Positions 27,792 to 40,072 of a stretch of 64,000 nucleotides of DNA are shown here, in pieces. Position 1 is the first letter of the stretch. Each line of letters opens with the position of its first letter. Both the position numbers and the translations under genes were made by a program. The notes under the pieces are model-generated. The model worked only from the letters and a program-made list of their open reading frames with translations. It searched no databases and was not told where the DNA came from. The DNA comes from a virus: the IMG/VR virus record IMGVR_UViG_3300046747_000672, positions 1-64,000 of that record; one strand, 5' to 3'.

Positions 27792-27861
27792 CGATTTTTA
27801 GCTTTCTTCGGCGCGGAACGCAAGTCACCCAGGAAGTTCGTTCCGAATCGCAAGGATAGCA

Positions 27862-28086
27862 TTAGCCGCCCTTCCTCGGCAGCGTCGCGAAGTACAGCCG
27901 CAAAGCGCTCTCGACCACCGCGGACTGCGTAACGCCGAGCTCCGTACGGAGGACCGCGAGGATCGCCTTGCCCGCTTTGGAGAGGGAGAGCTCGACGCGG
28001 TACTGACCTCGCGCCGCCCGCTCCTCGTGCGAGATGGTGGGGCCGCTCGGGCCGGACCTGGACTTGCGCGCCTTCTGTGAGGTCAT
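27862..28086 (-). CDS. RHH-like small DNA-binding protein
   Basis: RVELSLS...IL..L..ELGVTQSAVVESALR. Confidence 0.6.
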   Translation of the reverse strand: MTSQKARKSRSGPSGPTISHEERAARGQYRVELSLSKAGKAILAVLRTELGVTQSAVVESALRLYFATLPRKGG

Positions 28087-29399
28087 CGGACGCTGTAGGG
28101 CGGATAGCCGGCGGCAACGGCGTCGTCGTTGGCCAGCTTCACCGCCGCGTCCCCTCCGCCGCATCTGCCGCAGAGCGGACCGCCAGTGAATATCGGGCCT
28201 GACGTCCTGCATACGCCGAGCGTCGCGCCTCCGGCTCCGCAGTTGATGCATTGGCGAGGAACTGTGCTGTCGGGGTCGATGTTGTCCGCCTCGTACGTGC
28301 CGACGCGAGAGAGGTTCACGCGTCCTCTGGGATCCGAAGTGCTCGGATCTCGGCGGATGCGACCCAGTAGATCCAGCATTCTCCGCTATCGTCGCGCGTA
28401 TCGCTGACCGTGTAGCCAGCGGCTTCCAGGTCTCGGCGCGCCGTAGCCAGGCACTCCGCGTCGATTCGGGCGACCTTGCCACCGTCCGTGTCCGGGTCCG
28501 CGCCAACGTCCGACATCCCCCAGCTGCGCTTGATTTCCATTTGCCTATCTCTCCTCGGAAGCGGTGTCCGCCGCCGCATAATGCGCTGGTTCGTGTGCCG
28601 GGCCGCGCCACGCGTGAGCTCGTAGCAGCGCATCTGAGAGGCCACGGTATTCCTCCGGCGCCCGGCCACCGCCCCGCCAGCGGGAGGCCTCCCACCAGAC
28701 GCGACATTCCCGGCTCCAATCTGGGATGACGCGGCGAAACTCATCGTCCCCTCGTTCGGCGAGGACCAGCGCCGCATTGTAGCTCCTGCCGCCTAGCCTA
28801 CGCGACAGTCCAGCGATGAATTCTTTGCTTGTCACGACGCACCTCCGACGAGGCGGATCGTGAACCCGAGCTTGCGCAGTCGCGCGACTACGAGCTGCCG
28901 CGGACCGTCGATGACTCGACGCTCTCCGTCCTCCGCAGGATACGACACGCGCAATTGCGGCTCGTCTCCAATCTCGACCACGTGGCCCGCGCGGCGCAGG
29001 TCGAAGCCCACGTCGAGCGGGTGCAAGCGATATCGGATCGACGTGACGTCGGTCGCATTTTCGAAGGCGCCGTCCGTCATCTCGGCCCGCGCGCTCACGA
29101 CGCGCCTCCGTCATCAATTCGAACGCAGTCCTCGGCGTGCCGCACGTGGACGCGCCACGGGCGATCTCCGCCGCCCCAATACTCAGTGACATTCGCGATT
29201 TCGCCGCGCACTAGCACAGAACCGTCTGCCACCGCCGCGATGTCGCGGCGAACGGACTCGTCCCCCTCGATCGTGACGATCTCATTGTGCGCGTCGCTGC
29301 AATTGATCGCTGTCGTGATATTACAGTTCATGGTGACCAGCTCCTTGTTGGTTGCCCACGGGGCGGGCCGTTCTCGCGGCGCCGCCCCAACTACATAAA

Positions 29400-29816
29400 T
29401 CAGAACCCCGCCTCGGCTAACGGCATCACGCGCACGACGCGCGTCGGCAGCACGAGCACGGCGCCGTCCGCCGCGTCCCAGTCCGCCTCGTCGCTCTCCT
29501 CGCCCTCGAGTTCGAGCACCGCGCACCCGTCGACCGAAGCGCCGCGCGAGGCGAAGTAGGACTGGAGCGCCGCGAGAGAGCGGCAGCAGGACACCCCGCG
29601 TCGCACGTCCTCGACCGTCCCCTGGCGCCCGCAACGAGCGCACGGGGAGAGGACGAAATCGTCGTCGATCATCTGGCCGACGTCGCCCTGCCCACGGCAG
29701 TCGGGGCACCTCTTGCTCGACTCGCCAACCCATACACGCGACGACCAGCGGTCCTCGGACAACACCGACTCGGGAGTCTCGCCGGCAGGGTGCACTCGGT
29801 AGAACGTCGACCTCAT
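29400..29816 (-). CDS. Possible ADP-ribosyltransferase-fold protein with a CxxCxGxG zinc-finger insert
   Basis: FYRV...RGVSCC pattern; CPDCRGQG and CARCGRQG; own promoter. Confidence 0.45.
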   Translation of the reverse strand: MRSTFYRVHPAGETPESVLSEDRWSSRVWVGESSKRCPDCRGQGDVGQMIDDDFVLSPCARCGRQGTVEDVRRGVSCCRSLAALQSYFASRGASVDGCAVLELEGEESDEADWDAADGAVLVLPTRVVRVMPLAEAGF

Positions 29817-29822
29817 GAACCC

Positions 29823-29851
29823 AATATGCGCGCGGCCCGGACCGCGCGCAA
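29823..29851 (-). promoter_or_regulatory. sigma70-type leaderless promoter
   Basis: TTGCGC-N17-CATATT-N6-ATG with inverted repeat TGCGCGCGG/CCGCGCGCA. Confidence 0.55.
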
Positions 29852-32834
29852 CAGGAATCGACATGGCCTCGGTCGATTTTAACTTACGCCGAGAAACAGC
29901 CTCAAAACCGCTCGCCGTACGACAGCCAAAGCCAGGCCCCGATCATCCCGATGCCAAAGATCAGGAGCACGACCCGGAGGTCCCCTGGATGGGGCGAGAT
30001 CATCTCTTGGTCTCGTCGCGCTTGTAGTCGTACGTCTCGACCTGCTTGGTGATCATCCTCCCCGATGTCTCCCGCTCGTCCAGGTACGTCGCCAAGCGCC
30101 GCATGAGCCTGTCCCAGATCGACGGGCGCTTCGGTCCGCCGATCATCGCGGCGGCTGTGCTGCGTTCGATGCTTTCCATGGTCACCCTCCGTGTCCCTTC
30201 TATCATCGCTACTTGACGATGAGAACCCTACCGCTGCGCGGCGTCCGCGCCCACGGTCCACTCTGGCAAGCCCGTCCGCCTCAATCGCTGCGTCCTCTTC
30301 GTCGCGCTCATCCCGCCAGCGGCGGCGGAGCGGAGAGCGGCGCCGTTCATTCTTCGCTCCACTCCGCCTCGATCGTGAGGGTCTCGGGCGCACGCACGGC
30401 CTCCGTGTGGCGCCGTCGAATCCTCCACCTACTGCCGATCGCCAAGCGAATGAAATCGTCCTCATCAGCTGCCTCTACGGTGATCGGATGCAGGCGATTG
30501 CCGAGCGTGATGGCGCTTTGCGGGTCCTCATCGTCGACCCGTCGTTCTCCGAACGACCGCACCGAAAACCATACCCGGATCACGACCGCGCCCCAGTCGT
30601 CGCCGGCATGATGATCTCGAGCTCGCTCACGTCGATGGCGTCTTCCACGCGGCGGATTTGCTCGCGCTCGTAGTAGCCCCAGCCGACGGCCTCGCACTCA
30701 ACGAGCTGGTGCACCGTCCAACCACGGTGGGGCCGGGCGAGCGCAAGCGCGGCCTCAGCGCTCGCCCTCCAATGCTTCTGGTAACCGGCCTCGTCGAGCA
30801 CGACGAAGTCGTCCAGCCGCCGCTGCATCACGACGCCACCGCCTTTCCGTCGCGGCGCGTAGCCGGGGCGCGCTCGTCCTCGTCGGCGAGCAGAGTCGGG
30901 TCGATGCACGCCTGCCCGACGAAGACCCGCAGCGTTTCGGATTCAAAGCGCGCCGCGATGGGCACGGGATAGCCGAGGTCGCGCAGAAGCGACGCTGCGC
31001 GCTCCGCGTCCACGAAGTCGAGCATCTGCGGCGGCACGTAGGAGACCGAGCCGCGCGCGCCGACCACGACCGCCTCGGTGCCGCTCATGGTCATGTGCGC
31101 GAGCAACGCGCTGCCTGCCGTCCGCTCTTCCTCTCGCAGACCGGCAATCTTCGCCTGGAGGTCGAGCAGGCGCACCGCGAGTTGCTCGGGCGACAGCGTC
31201 GGCGCTGGAGCGGGGATCGTCTGACGCCCGTCGTCGTTGTGAACCTCGAAAAAACCGGATACCGTACGTTTGTTCATGGGAGTACCCCTCCTTTGGGCCA
31301 CGCCCTCCGGCTGTTAGAAGCAGCGCGGAGGGCACCTGTTTATTTGCTGTGCGAGTCAATCCAGGATGCGACGGTCGCGCCAGCGGCAAGGCAAAAGAAA
31401 ACAAGGCTGAACGCGTCCCGTGAGACAACGGTGAACCAGAGCGCGACGGCGGCGACCAGCAGAAAGACGACCGGCTGACGAGACCAACGCGGCGCGCCCC
31501 AGATAAGGACGGCGATGCCGATGACGCACGCGGCGACCACGGGCACAGCGATGTTGTCGGGGATGCCGCCTTCGGTCGCTTCGGGGAGCGAGTTCATAGT
31601 TTCGTGAAGTGGGCGCATCGGGTCACTTAATCTGACATTCGTGCGGATGCGCCTCACCGCACCCTAGGCACCACCTTCGCGCGATCGCTGCCAGGATGAG
31701 CGCTCGCTCTTCCGGCGAACGCCGCTCGAAACTCATGATGATCATGGCGGCGGCCTGCTCGACAGGAACCTTCGATCTCTCGCAACTCATTTTGTCTTCT
31801 CCCTCTCCTCCGTGAGGCAGCGACGGATCGATCGGTTTGATGCTGCTCGGATGGAACCGCTCCTCTAGTCCGCTAGGGAATTCGCCACACAAGCGGAGAA
31901 TCAACTCACCAGTCTCATATCCAAACGGTGAGCGAAGATACTGCTCAAACTCTGCCTCGGTCATGGACGCTGGCAGTCCGAACACCTCGACGCACTCCTC
32001 GAAACTGCTGAGTCCGGAGTGTGCCCACGATGCGGCGCATCGAGCGCAATACGGCTCCATTTCCCCTGTCGCAAGCCAGAAGCACGAAGCGGCGCCGTTG
32101 CACACGACGCATGGGGGGAACGTTCTGTTGTTCATCTGCCTGCCTCCTTCGCCCTGCCCTTCGCCCGCGCCACCCTCTCATACCCCCGACACGCATCCTT
32201 CGCGAACCTCGTCGCCAGCGTCTCCAAGCCAGCAGCGGCGAGGAGCTCGGAAAGGCGGAGCGCTGCGTCGGCGGTGGGAGTGGGAGAGACGGGTCGGTCG
32301 GTGGCTGTCATCGGACCCACCACGCTGCCCTGTTCGGCGTCTCTGCCGACGCAGCGCTACGGAACGTTCGTTCGCCGCGCGCCTTCCATTTGTTGTCCGC
32401 GGCGGTGAATGCGCCTCTCGCTTCGGCGCGCAGAATCTGCATTGCCTGCTTGCGCATCTTCGGCAGAAGACCTTCTAGCGTCATCGGCACGGAAGAACGG
32501 AGAGTCGACGCTGAAGGATTATTGAGGTGCGCCGTCGCGAGCTCGAGTGCGAGCTCCTCGACCGCCGTAGCGTTCAACGCGGACGGTTTCATCGCGCACC
32601 CCCAACCAGCCGCGCAAGAATCCGTTCCGCCGCAGCGGCATCAGCGTCGCGACGCGCTTTCAGATCCGCGAGGAGCGAAGACACCGTCAACGACGAAGCG
32701 GGGACTCGGACGGTGGGTCGCTCGGTTGATTGCGTCGTGTTCATGAGAATCATCATGCGCCGAGACGCTAGCAAAAACAAGCATTAATTGTCTGGCTCAT
32801 GCCGAATCCATTCCGAGTCAGTCATTCCGCCGTC

Positions 32835-33026
32835 TTACGGGGCCATTCCGTCGGCGATCCGAAGGAGCGTTTGCCTCGCCCATTCGACCAGCGTGCGAGA
32901 TCTTGCTCGTTCCGAAGCGGCTTCCAGCTTCGCTCGCTCATCCTTCGACAGGCGGATGTAGAGCGGCGGGGCGTCTGTTGGAATCTTGAGAGGCGGGCGC
33001 CCGAGGCGCTTCGTTTTTTTGACCAT
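32835..33026 (-). CDS. RHH-type DNA-binding protein
   Basis: GRPP...LYIRLSKDERAKLEAASER...LVEWAR. Confidence 0.7.
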   Translation of the reverse strand: MVKKTKRLGRPPLKIPTDAPPLYIRLSKDERAKLEAASERARSRTLVEWARQTLLRIADGMAP

Positions 33027-33034
33027 GACACACG

Positions 33035-33063
33035 AACGTAACCCGGAGCGCTAGTTACTGCAA
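33035..33063 (-). promoter_or_regulatory. sigma70-type promoter
   Basis: TTGCAG-N17-TACGTT-N8-ATG; GTAAC/GTTAC inverted repeat. Confidence 0.6.
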
Positions 33064-34958
33064 GCGTCAGCTCGTCCGCCACCTCTTCGCCCTCTCATGC
33101 GCATCGACGTCCCCGGGCGCATCGCAGTGGATGCCGCACTTGCCGCACAGCGTGCACCCGCCAGCCGCCTGGCAAGGGTGACCACACGGGAGCGGCGGCG
33201 GGACGATCGCCTCCGCGTAGGCGCGCGCTGAGACGGTCTCGCTGGCGGCGACGCCGAGGACGACCCAGTAGGTCCGCTGCCCGTCATGCTCGCTCGTGCG
33301 GACGCTGACGCGCCCGTGAACGCCGAAGCGCCTGGAGACCTCGACGATGGCTTCGACGAGCCGAACGATGACGACGGGCCACGGGCGAGCGGCGGGGTGG
33401 GTCGACATGCGGGGAGGATATCGCAGGTCGGAGCGGCGCGCGGTCGGGCCTGCGTCGCTACCATGGCGGCCTGAATGTCCTGCCAGCGAGCCAGACGATC
33501 ACGGCAACGGCGGAGCCCCCGACGAGCACGCCAAGGATGAAGAGCGTCAATGGGCGCCGTCCTCTCCGACGTCCCACCCAGGTCGCTCATCATCAACGAG
33601 GGTCCTGTCGGAGGTGCACCACCCGTCGCAGACGAACCACGGCACGTCGAGCGCGAGAATGGCGTGTCCTTGCCGGTCTCGGCGGTACAGGTGGTCGTCC
33701 GGGAAGCCGGCCATGCCGCCACGGTGCGGGTCGAGCTCGTAGGCGGTGGCGCAGAGGAAGTGGAGGGCGAGGGTCACTTCGACTTCCTCGCACTCCCGAT
33801 CGACACCGTCCGCCTGTCGGTGACGTTGATCCCTGCCCGCTTCCAGTCCGGCCACGTGCGAACGACAGCCGCGACGCGATCTACGTCGCGCCAGAATGCG
33901 CGGCTTTCGGGAGTCGACAGGTTGCGGAGAATACGCCTCACGCGCAATCCTTCTTCGGCCGCATCGCCGCCAACCACCTCGCATGCGCCGCAACGTCCAC
34001 GCACTGCCAGCCCATGCATTCCGGCTCGTCGCAGTCGCACGGGGCGACGTCCTGCCCGTTCTCTCGCAGCCACTCGACCGTGACGTCAGAACGTTCGGCG
34101 TAGCCACGGAACCACGTTTCGCCTGCCTCATGCAGCGCTTGTCGCCACGCGTCGCTGCGTTCGTTGGGCGCGTTCAAGAACAAGACGACGTGGTCCATGG
34201 TTTCGTCGGTCCATCGTTCGCGCCACGCTGGCGCGTGATTCGTTGATGCGATGGCGGAGTCGTGCCCGTTATTCATAATCGCTACCCAAACCTCACGACT
34301 GCCGTCAGTGCTCCGAAGAAGTATGGCCACGCCTCCCAGCACATCCGGGTCGATGTCGCCGATCGTGAGCGAGTTTTGCTCTGCCAAAAGGATGGTGGCG
34401 CGTGCACGTTCGATTACTTGCGCCGCTGGAATCTCCGCGCCATCACCGTCCCAGTCGTACTCCAGGCGCGCAAGGCGATCGAAGCTGAGGAGATGGGATT
34501 GGTGGTCTGCATTCCTAGGGTTTGAATCGGACACTACCTTGCACTCCTTCTCGGGCAAACATGCCGCTCCCACCTCGCCAGCGCCCGACTCGCACGGACG
34601 GCGCCCGCGTAGAGCCGTCCTTGCCCGCATCGTAGGCAACCGACGGCGCACGGTCCGCGCGAGCCGATTCCGATCTGTCCGTCGGCTTGGTGGAGCATTT
34701 CGGCGAAGCGGGTTGCGATGTAGAGCCTACCAAACTCGCACCGAAGCGGGACGCGGTTGAGCGGCACGTCGTCGAAGAGCGCATCGAGAGCGTCGATCGC
34801 GTCTGATGTGATCGGCACCGTGTACGTCGTTTCGAACGAGGTCGCGGCCGGAAGCGGCGGCAAGTCTGCTGGTGCCTCGCGCTTGAACTCGTAGCTGAGG
34901 TCGCTGGCGGGCATTTCGATGCCGCCGATCGATATCGTCGAGAAGGTTGCGTGCGCGC

Positions 34959-35390
34959 TCATTCCCGAAACTCCTCCACGCGACGCCCCATCCCTTTTGC
35001 CTGATCGCAGCAATCCTTCGTGCCTGGGCCGCCGGACGGGAAGGCGACGACGAGTCCCGGACGAACCGTCCTGAGCATGACCCGGTTGCGCACGGGCCCC
35101 GCGGACCGGCACATCGGTCCGAGACGACACTTCGACGCGTGATAGCAGACGTGGACCGTCCACTCGGCGGCGAACGTCTTGCCATCCACTCCGCGCGCCT
35201 CCCGCCAGTTGCACGCGAACAGGTCGGCGCCCGTCTCGCATCCGCCCTCGGCGAGGTAGCCGATCGGCGTCTTCGCGTGGATGGCGTCCAGTGTCGTCCA
35301 TACGAATGCCTCGTTGGTGAGATCTCGGCCTCCGGTCACGACGAGAACGAGATCGTCGGCGCGGCGCGGGAGTTTCCCCGTGATGGTCAC
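34959..35390 (-). CDS. SLOG superfamily YspA-like (DUF2493) protein
   Basis: VVTGGRD, EGG..TGAD, AGPVRN.VML, VVAFP.G.GT. Confidence 0.85.
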   Translation of the reverse strand: MTITGKLPRRADDLVLVVTGGRDLTNEAFVWTTLDAIHAKTPIGYLAEGGCETGADLFACNWREARGVDGKTFAAEWTVHVCYHASKCRLGPMCRSAGPVRNRVMLRTVRPGLVVAFPSGGPGTKDCCDQAKGMGRRVEEFRE

Positions 35391-36813
35391 TTGGACCTCT
35401 CGCCGCTCGCTTGGGCCTCGTCGCGCTCCGCTCGCACGGCGTCGAGCTCGCCAAGCAGCGCCGTGATGTCAGCCTTTGCGCGCGGCGGGCAACAGTTCGA
35501 CGGGTCGTCGTGTCGTCCTCGGATCGCCGCCCCTTTCTTCGCCGTCAACCTGTCGCCCATTACTCTTCCTCCGTCGCCGGCATGAACTCGCACTCGTCGA
35601 TCGCTTTCCGGATCTTGCGCAGCGCCGTCGCTCGATCCTGAGAAACGCGCACGCCGAAATCGTTCATTGTGATGAGCCACCCAACTGCGTCGCGGCACCA
35701 GTCTGGCAGTTCATCGAGGCGTGACCGAAGCTGCTCGATGATAGGCACGTAGCGCTTCAATTCGACGACGTCACCCATTACGCCTCCTTCACTTCCGACC
35801 ACCTCGTCCAGTGCCACTCCTCGGTAGCGTGGCTCCAGATAGCTTTGCCCGCCTCTCCGTTCTCGAAGATGACGTCAATCGACCACCTGTCCGACTCCGC
35901 CTTTCTGAAGCCCGCCAGACTGCCATCCGGACCGTAGTATGGCCTGTCGCCTGATTCGACGGTCAGCGTGACCTTAGAAACGCGAAGCCTGCCGTCTGGT
36001 CCTGTTTTTGGGAGGTGGATGTGAGGCTTTTTCACGTGGATCTCTCTTGCTTGTGGTCGGTCACGCGATAACCCCAAAGCGGAGCCTGACGAAGCGCTCG
36101 ATGTGGTCGGCTACTTCCGCCGGGCCCGCACATCCTCTTGGCGAGTCGTCCGAACCGACGAAGGAGTCGTCTTTCGGCGGAGCCACACCTGGCGCAAACA
36201 AATATTCTGCGTCGTCTGTCGATATCCCAAAGATGCCAGAGGCGGCATGAAACGAAGCGAAGGAGCTATCGTCGGGCGTGCCATCCGATACGTAGACGTA
36301 CCCGTCGGTTCCTCGCTTGAGACGAAGCCCCGCCGCAGCAAGCTCCGGTATCGTCGTCGCCCATCCGAGCGCGCAGGCCGTCGTGCCGCACGATAGGTCG
36401 GGCGCGTCCTGCCAGTTTTGGCCGACCCATCTGCCATAGTCGAAGCGCTCCACTGGCAGTGCTCGCAGCTTCGCCACGACCAACATCAGGCGGCGCACGC
36501 TTGTTTCTCTGTCCATCGTTTCAGCCATCCTCGTCCACGTCGTCGGTCATCCTGGGTCCTCCTCCGTATCGCTCGGGATGATCTCGCCCAGCGTCACGCG
36601 CTTCGGGTCCTGGTCGGCGAAACCGTCGAGCAACGACAGCGATCGTCCTTGTATCAGGTTGAACGCGAGGTGCTCGGCCACGTCCTCCGGCGTCATAAAC
36701 GGGTAGAACTGTGAGCGCCACTCGTCGGTCAGGACCGACTTCAGCAGCGCCGGCGCGATATCGATCTCGACGGTGAAGGTTGCGTAGAATTTTCGGTGCT
36801 TTGCCATGGTCTC

Positions 36814-37251
36814 CTACTTCCCAATGCAGTCGTGGTCGCAGTCCGCGTCGTACGGGCCCATCGGGTGCCCGTTGGGGCAAACCGCCGTGCCAAAGGCCTT
36901 GCGACAGAAGCGATGCATTTCATCGACCGTCGTCGATAGCTCTCGCAGATCATCGCCGTGGACGTTCAGTTCCGCCATCCGCCGCACCATCCTCATCGCA
37001 AGCGGCTGCGCCTGAAGGTACTCCAGTGTCCCCTGGTCAAGCTTGCCGGATAGGGTCGCGAGTTCGTGGACCGGAACGTGGAGCAACGCGGCGAGCTTCT
37101 CCCAGCGTTCGCTCTTGATGCTGCGCCGTCCGTATTCGACGTCGTGCAGAAATGCACCGGACACGCCGAGCGCCGTTGCCAGCGCGCCCTGCGACATGCC
37201 CTGGCGCTTCCGAGCGGCACGGACCATGGCGCCGAATTGCTCGCGGCTCAT
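36814..37251 (-). CDS. XRE-family HTH regulator
   Basis: VRAARKRQGMSQGALATALGVSGAFLHDVEYGRR. Confidence 0.85.
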   Translation of the reverse strand: MSREQFGAMVRAARKRQGMSQGALATALGVSGAFLHDVEYGRRSIKSERWEKLAALLHVPVHELATLSGKLDQGTLEYLQAQPLAMRMVRRMAELNVHGDDLRELSTTVDEMHRFCRKAFGTAVCPNGHPMGPYDADCDHDCIGK

Positions 37252-38990
37252 CGCTCTCCCATCTCCCTTCGCCGCCACCCCTGCACGACCTGCACGGCCC
37301 CATCGACAACAACGACCGGCCACAGGATGGCGGTCATCAGAATCGCCGCCCACGCGCCGTAGTCGCGCAGCGGGTAGCGCTCCACGCGGAAGGTAAGGAC
37401 GGCGTAGTAGGCGAAGGCCGCGAGGGCGGGGAGGAGGTAGAGGAGGATCATGTCGCCACAGCCATGCCGAACGGCGCCAGCCATTCGCGGCGACGCTTCC
37501 CCGTGAACCCGCACTCGTGGCAGCCGGCTCCTAGGTAGCAACCGGCCTTGTCGTCGTAATCGTAATACTTGGCGTTTTCCATGCACTCTCCCAGTTCGCA
37601 ACAGCCGGAGCACGAGTCGGTCCACCGGACGACGAAGTGGTCGGCGCCGTCCAAGGGGACCACCTTGTGGAGCGAACCGTCAGCGTCGCGTCGAAACCGT
37701 CCGATCATCGTCGCCTCGCGGAGCACATCGGACACCCTGAGGCTTTGAATCTTCGCGCCGGTTCGTAGGGTGCCGGTTGCACAGCCGTCATTACGCGTCC
37801 CCCGTGCCGAAACGCCAGCGCCTGCTGGTGCGTCAGAAACGCGCCGCATTTCCCGCACGCGAGACGGACTGGCTGGTAGAGGTCTCTCACTCGCCCTTCT
37901 CCATGGCGTCCGAGAGAGCGATCAGGTCGTTCTCGTCGAACTTGGCTTCGGCCAGCGGCGGCGCATCGGGTAGTCCGGCCACGAATGCGCCGAGTCGGTC
38001 TGGCACCGCGTCGAGCACTTCGACCGTGACGCGAACGCGGCTGCCGTCCAGCCCGCGAAACCATCCAGTGTCAGTCGGGCCATCCTGATCGCCGGCGATC
38101 TCCCCGTCGTCCAAATACTGCGACTGGCAGTGGTCGCACCATAGATGGACGGTGCCTTCGATTACGCGCTTCTCGCTCACGTCTTCTCCTCCGCCAGGAT
38201 TACCCCGAGTTCTTGCTCCGCCTCGTCGAGCTTGCCGCGCAGTCGATCGACCTTCCCCTTTGCTTTCGCCGCCGCGTCCATGCGCCGCAGCGCCTTCACT
38301 GCCATGTCCGCCGCGACCGATTCACTCGGAAGCTTCTTCGCGCACGCTGGGCACAAGACGCCGGTCATGTTCGCCGTCCAGCACTTCGTGCATTCGATCG
38401 AGCCATAGTAGGTCCAGCCAGATGACCAAAAGGCGGCGACGCCGCACGTGGAGCATCGCCATTTGAGCCGACCTGATGCGTCGCGCCCGACGGTGAAGTC
38501 GGTGTAGTTCTTGTGGGTGCAGTTCACGACGCCTCCGCTTCCTCTCCGACGGGCTCAAGCCCCCAGAGCCACGCGCCCCACTTCGGCCCGATCGCGCGCA
38601 GCGTCTCGGCGCTCATCTCGCACGTGAAGCAACCGCGCCCGTCGTCGGATGTGACGATGATGCCTCGCTTCTCGTAGGTCTCCCGTCGCACGAAGCGACC
38701 GAAGAGGTCGAGGCCGATGATCCAGCCGCGGTAGATCATCGCAACGCTCCGCTACCGTCGCTCAAGTGCGACAGCAGGTACGCGTCCAAAAACAGAACTG
38801 CATCGCCGGCCCAGCCGAGCGCATCTCCGTCGGTCCGCGCTTGCCGGATGGCATCGTCGGACTTCCATCCGGCGCTCATGAGCGCCGCCGCTTTCATCGC
38901 ATGGGCGATGAACTCAACAGCGAGAGCGCGACCCGAGGAGTTGGCGGGAGCGTAGTCGGAGGGGGAGAATTTGAAATCGGCTGTGGCCAT

Positions 38991-39188
38991 CTACGCATCC
39001 TCGTCGTCGTTGCCATCGCTCAAATCGTCGTCGCGGTCGTCGCGGTCGTCGCATCGGCACATCAGGTCGCACATCCCGCCAGCGCAGACGCCGTCGCACG
39101 GGACGGTCGCGCACTCCTGGCAGCAGCGGCAGTCCTTCGCCATCTCTTCGTAGAACTCCGGAGGTGGGAGAAACGGGCCGTCGGTCAT
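38991..39188 (-). CDS. 65-aa Cys-rich acidic protein
   Basis: 9 Cys in about 27 residues followed by an Asp-rich tail; GGAGG RBS. Confidence 0.55.
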   Translation of the reverse strand: MTDGPFLPPPEFYEEMAKDCRCCQECATVPCDGVCAGGMCDLMCRCDDRDDRDDDLSDGNDDEDA

Positions 39189-40072
39189 GCCGCCTCCGAC
39201 GGGTCGTCGGGCATGCACTTGCGACACCAGTCGGGCGCCCATGCGACGTGGAGCCAGCCGATCGAGAACTGGCAGTGCGGGCCGTCGTAGTAGTCGTGAT
39301 CCATCCCGAATCGGAAGCTGCCGGACACGTAGACGATGCCGTACCGAACCATGCGGCGGCCAAACTCGCCGTCGTCTTGGCGGTACTGCTCTACGAAGCC
39401 GAGCGACCACGGCTTGACCTCGAAAACCCAGCGCCACGCGCGGAGTGGAGCCCCCTCCCAGGCTGGCTCCGTCTCTGCCGTGGGGCGACCTGTCCAGAGG
39501 ATCATGGCGCCTCCAAACCGAGCAGCCCAAGGAACCGGAGCATGCTTTCCTGGGTGATGACGGCTTGCCCGTCGCTGAGACGCGCCACGTCGAGATCGAC
39601 TCCTGCGAGACGCAGCACGCCGATGTGCGTCGCGTAGGGGATGCCGTCGGGCGGGCCATCGGGTGGCGCCGCCTCGGTCCACTCGACGGTGTCGAAGAGG
39701 GCTTCGGCGGGAGTGCGGGTCATGCTCTTCACCAGTCCGCCGAGCAGAAGTATCCAGGCCCCAAATCGGCGCACCATTCGCCGCACGTTTTCGATCGTGT
39801 CAGCCCGCCATCATCGTGAAACTCGAAAACTCGGTCCGGCGGAAGTTCGTCGATCTCGGCATCATCGAAGTTTGGCTCGCTGCCGAGCACGTCGGCAGCA
39901 AGGGCGAGGCGCCAGGCTTCATCAGCCGTTGGCGCGATTACGTATTCAGAGTCGTCGATTCGCCAGAATTTCATTGCCGGTCTCCTTTTCGCCCACCACT
40001 CCGGATCGCAAACGTGGCAAGCGCCACAGCCGCCAGCGATGACTGGGCAATCACGCTCAATTCCGTTGATGG

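Larger units (their letters stand above)
28083..34960 (-). other. Cluster of short, translationally coupled hypothetical early genes
   Basis: Chain of minus-strand ORFs with ATGA/GTGA overlaps (e.g. 28083-28379, 28832-29098, 30828-31277, 31623-32135, 32308-32592, 33067-33408). Confidence 0.6.
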
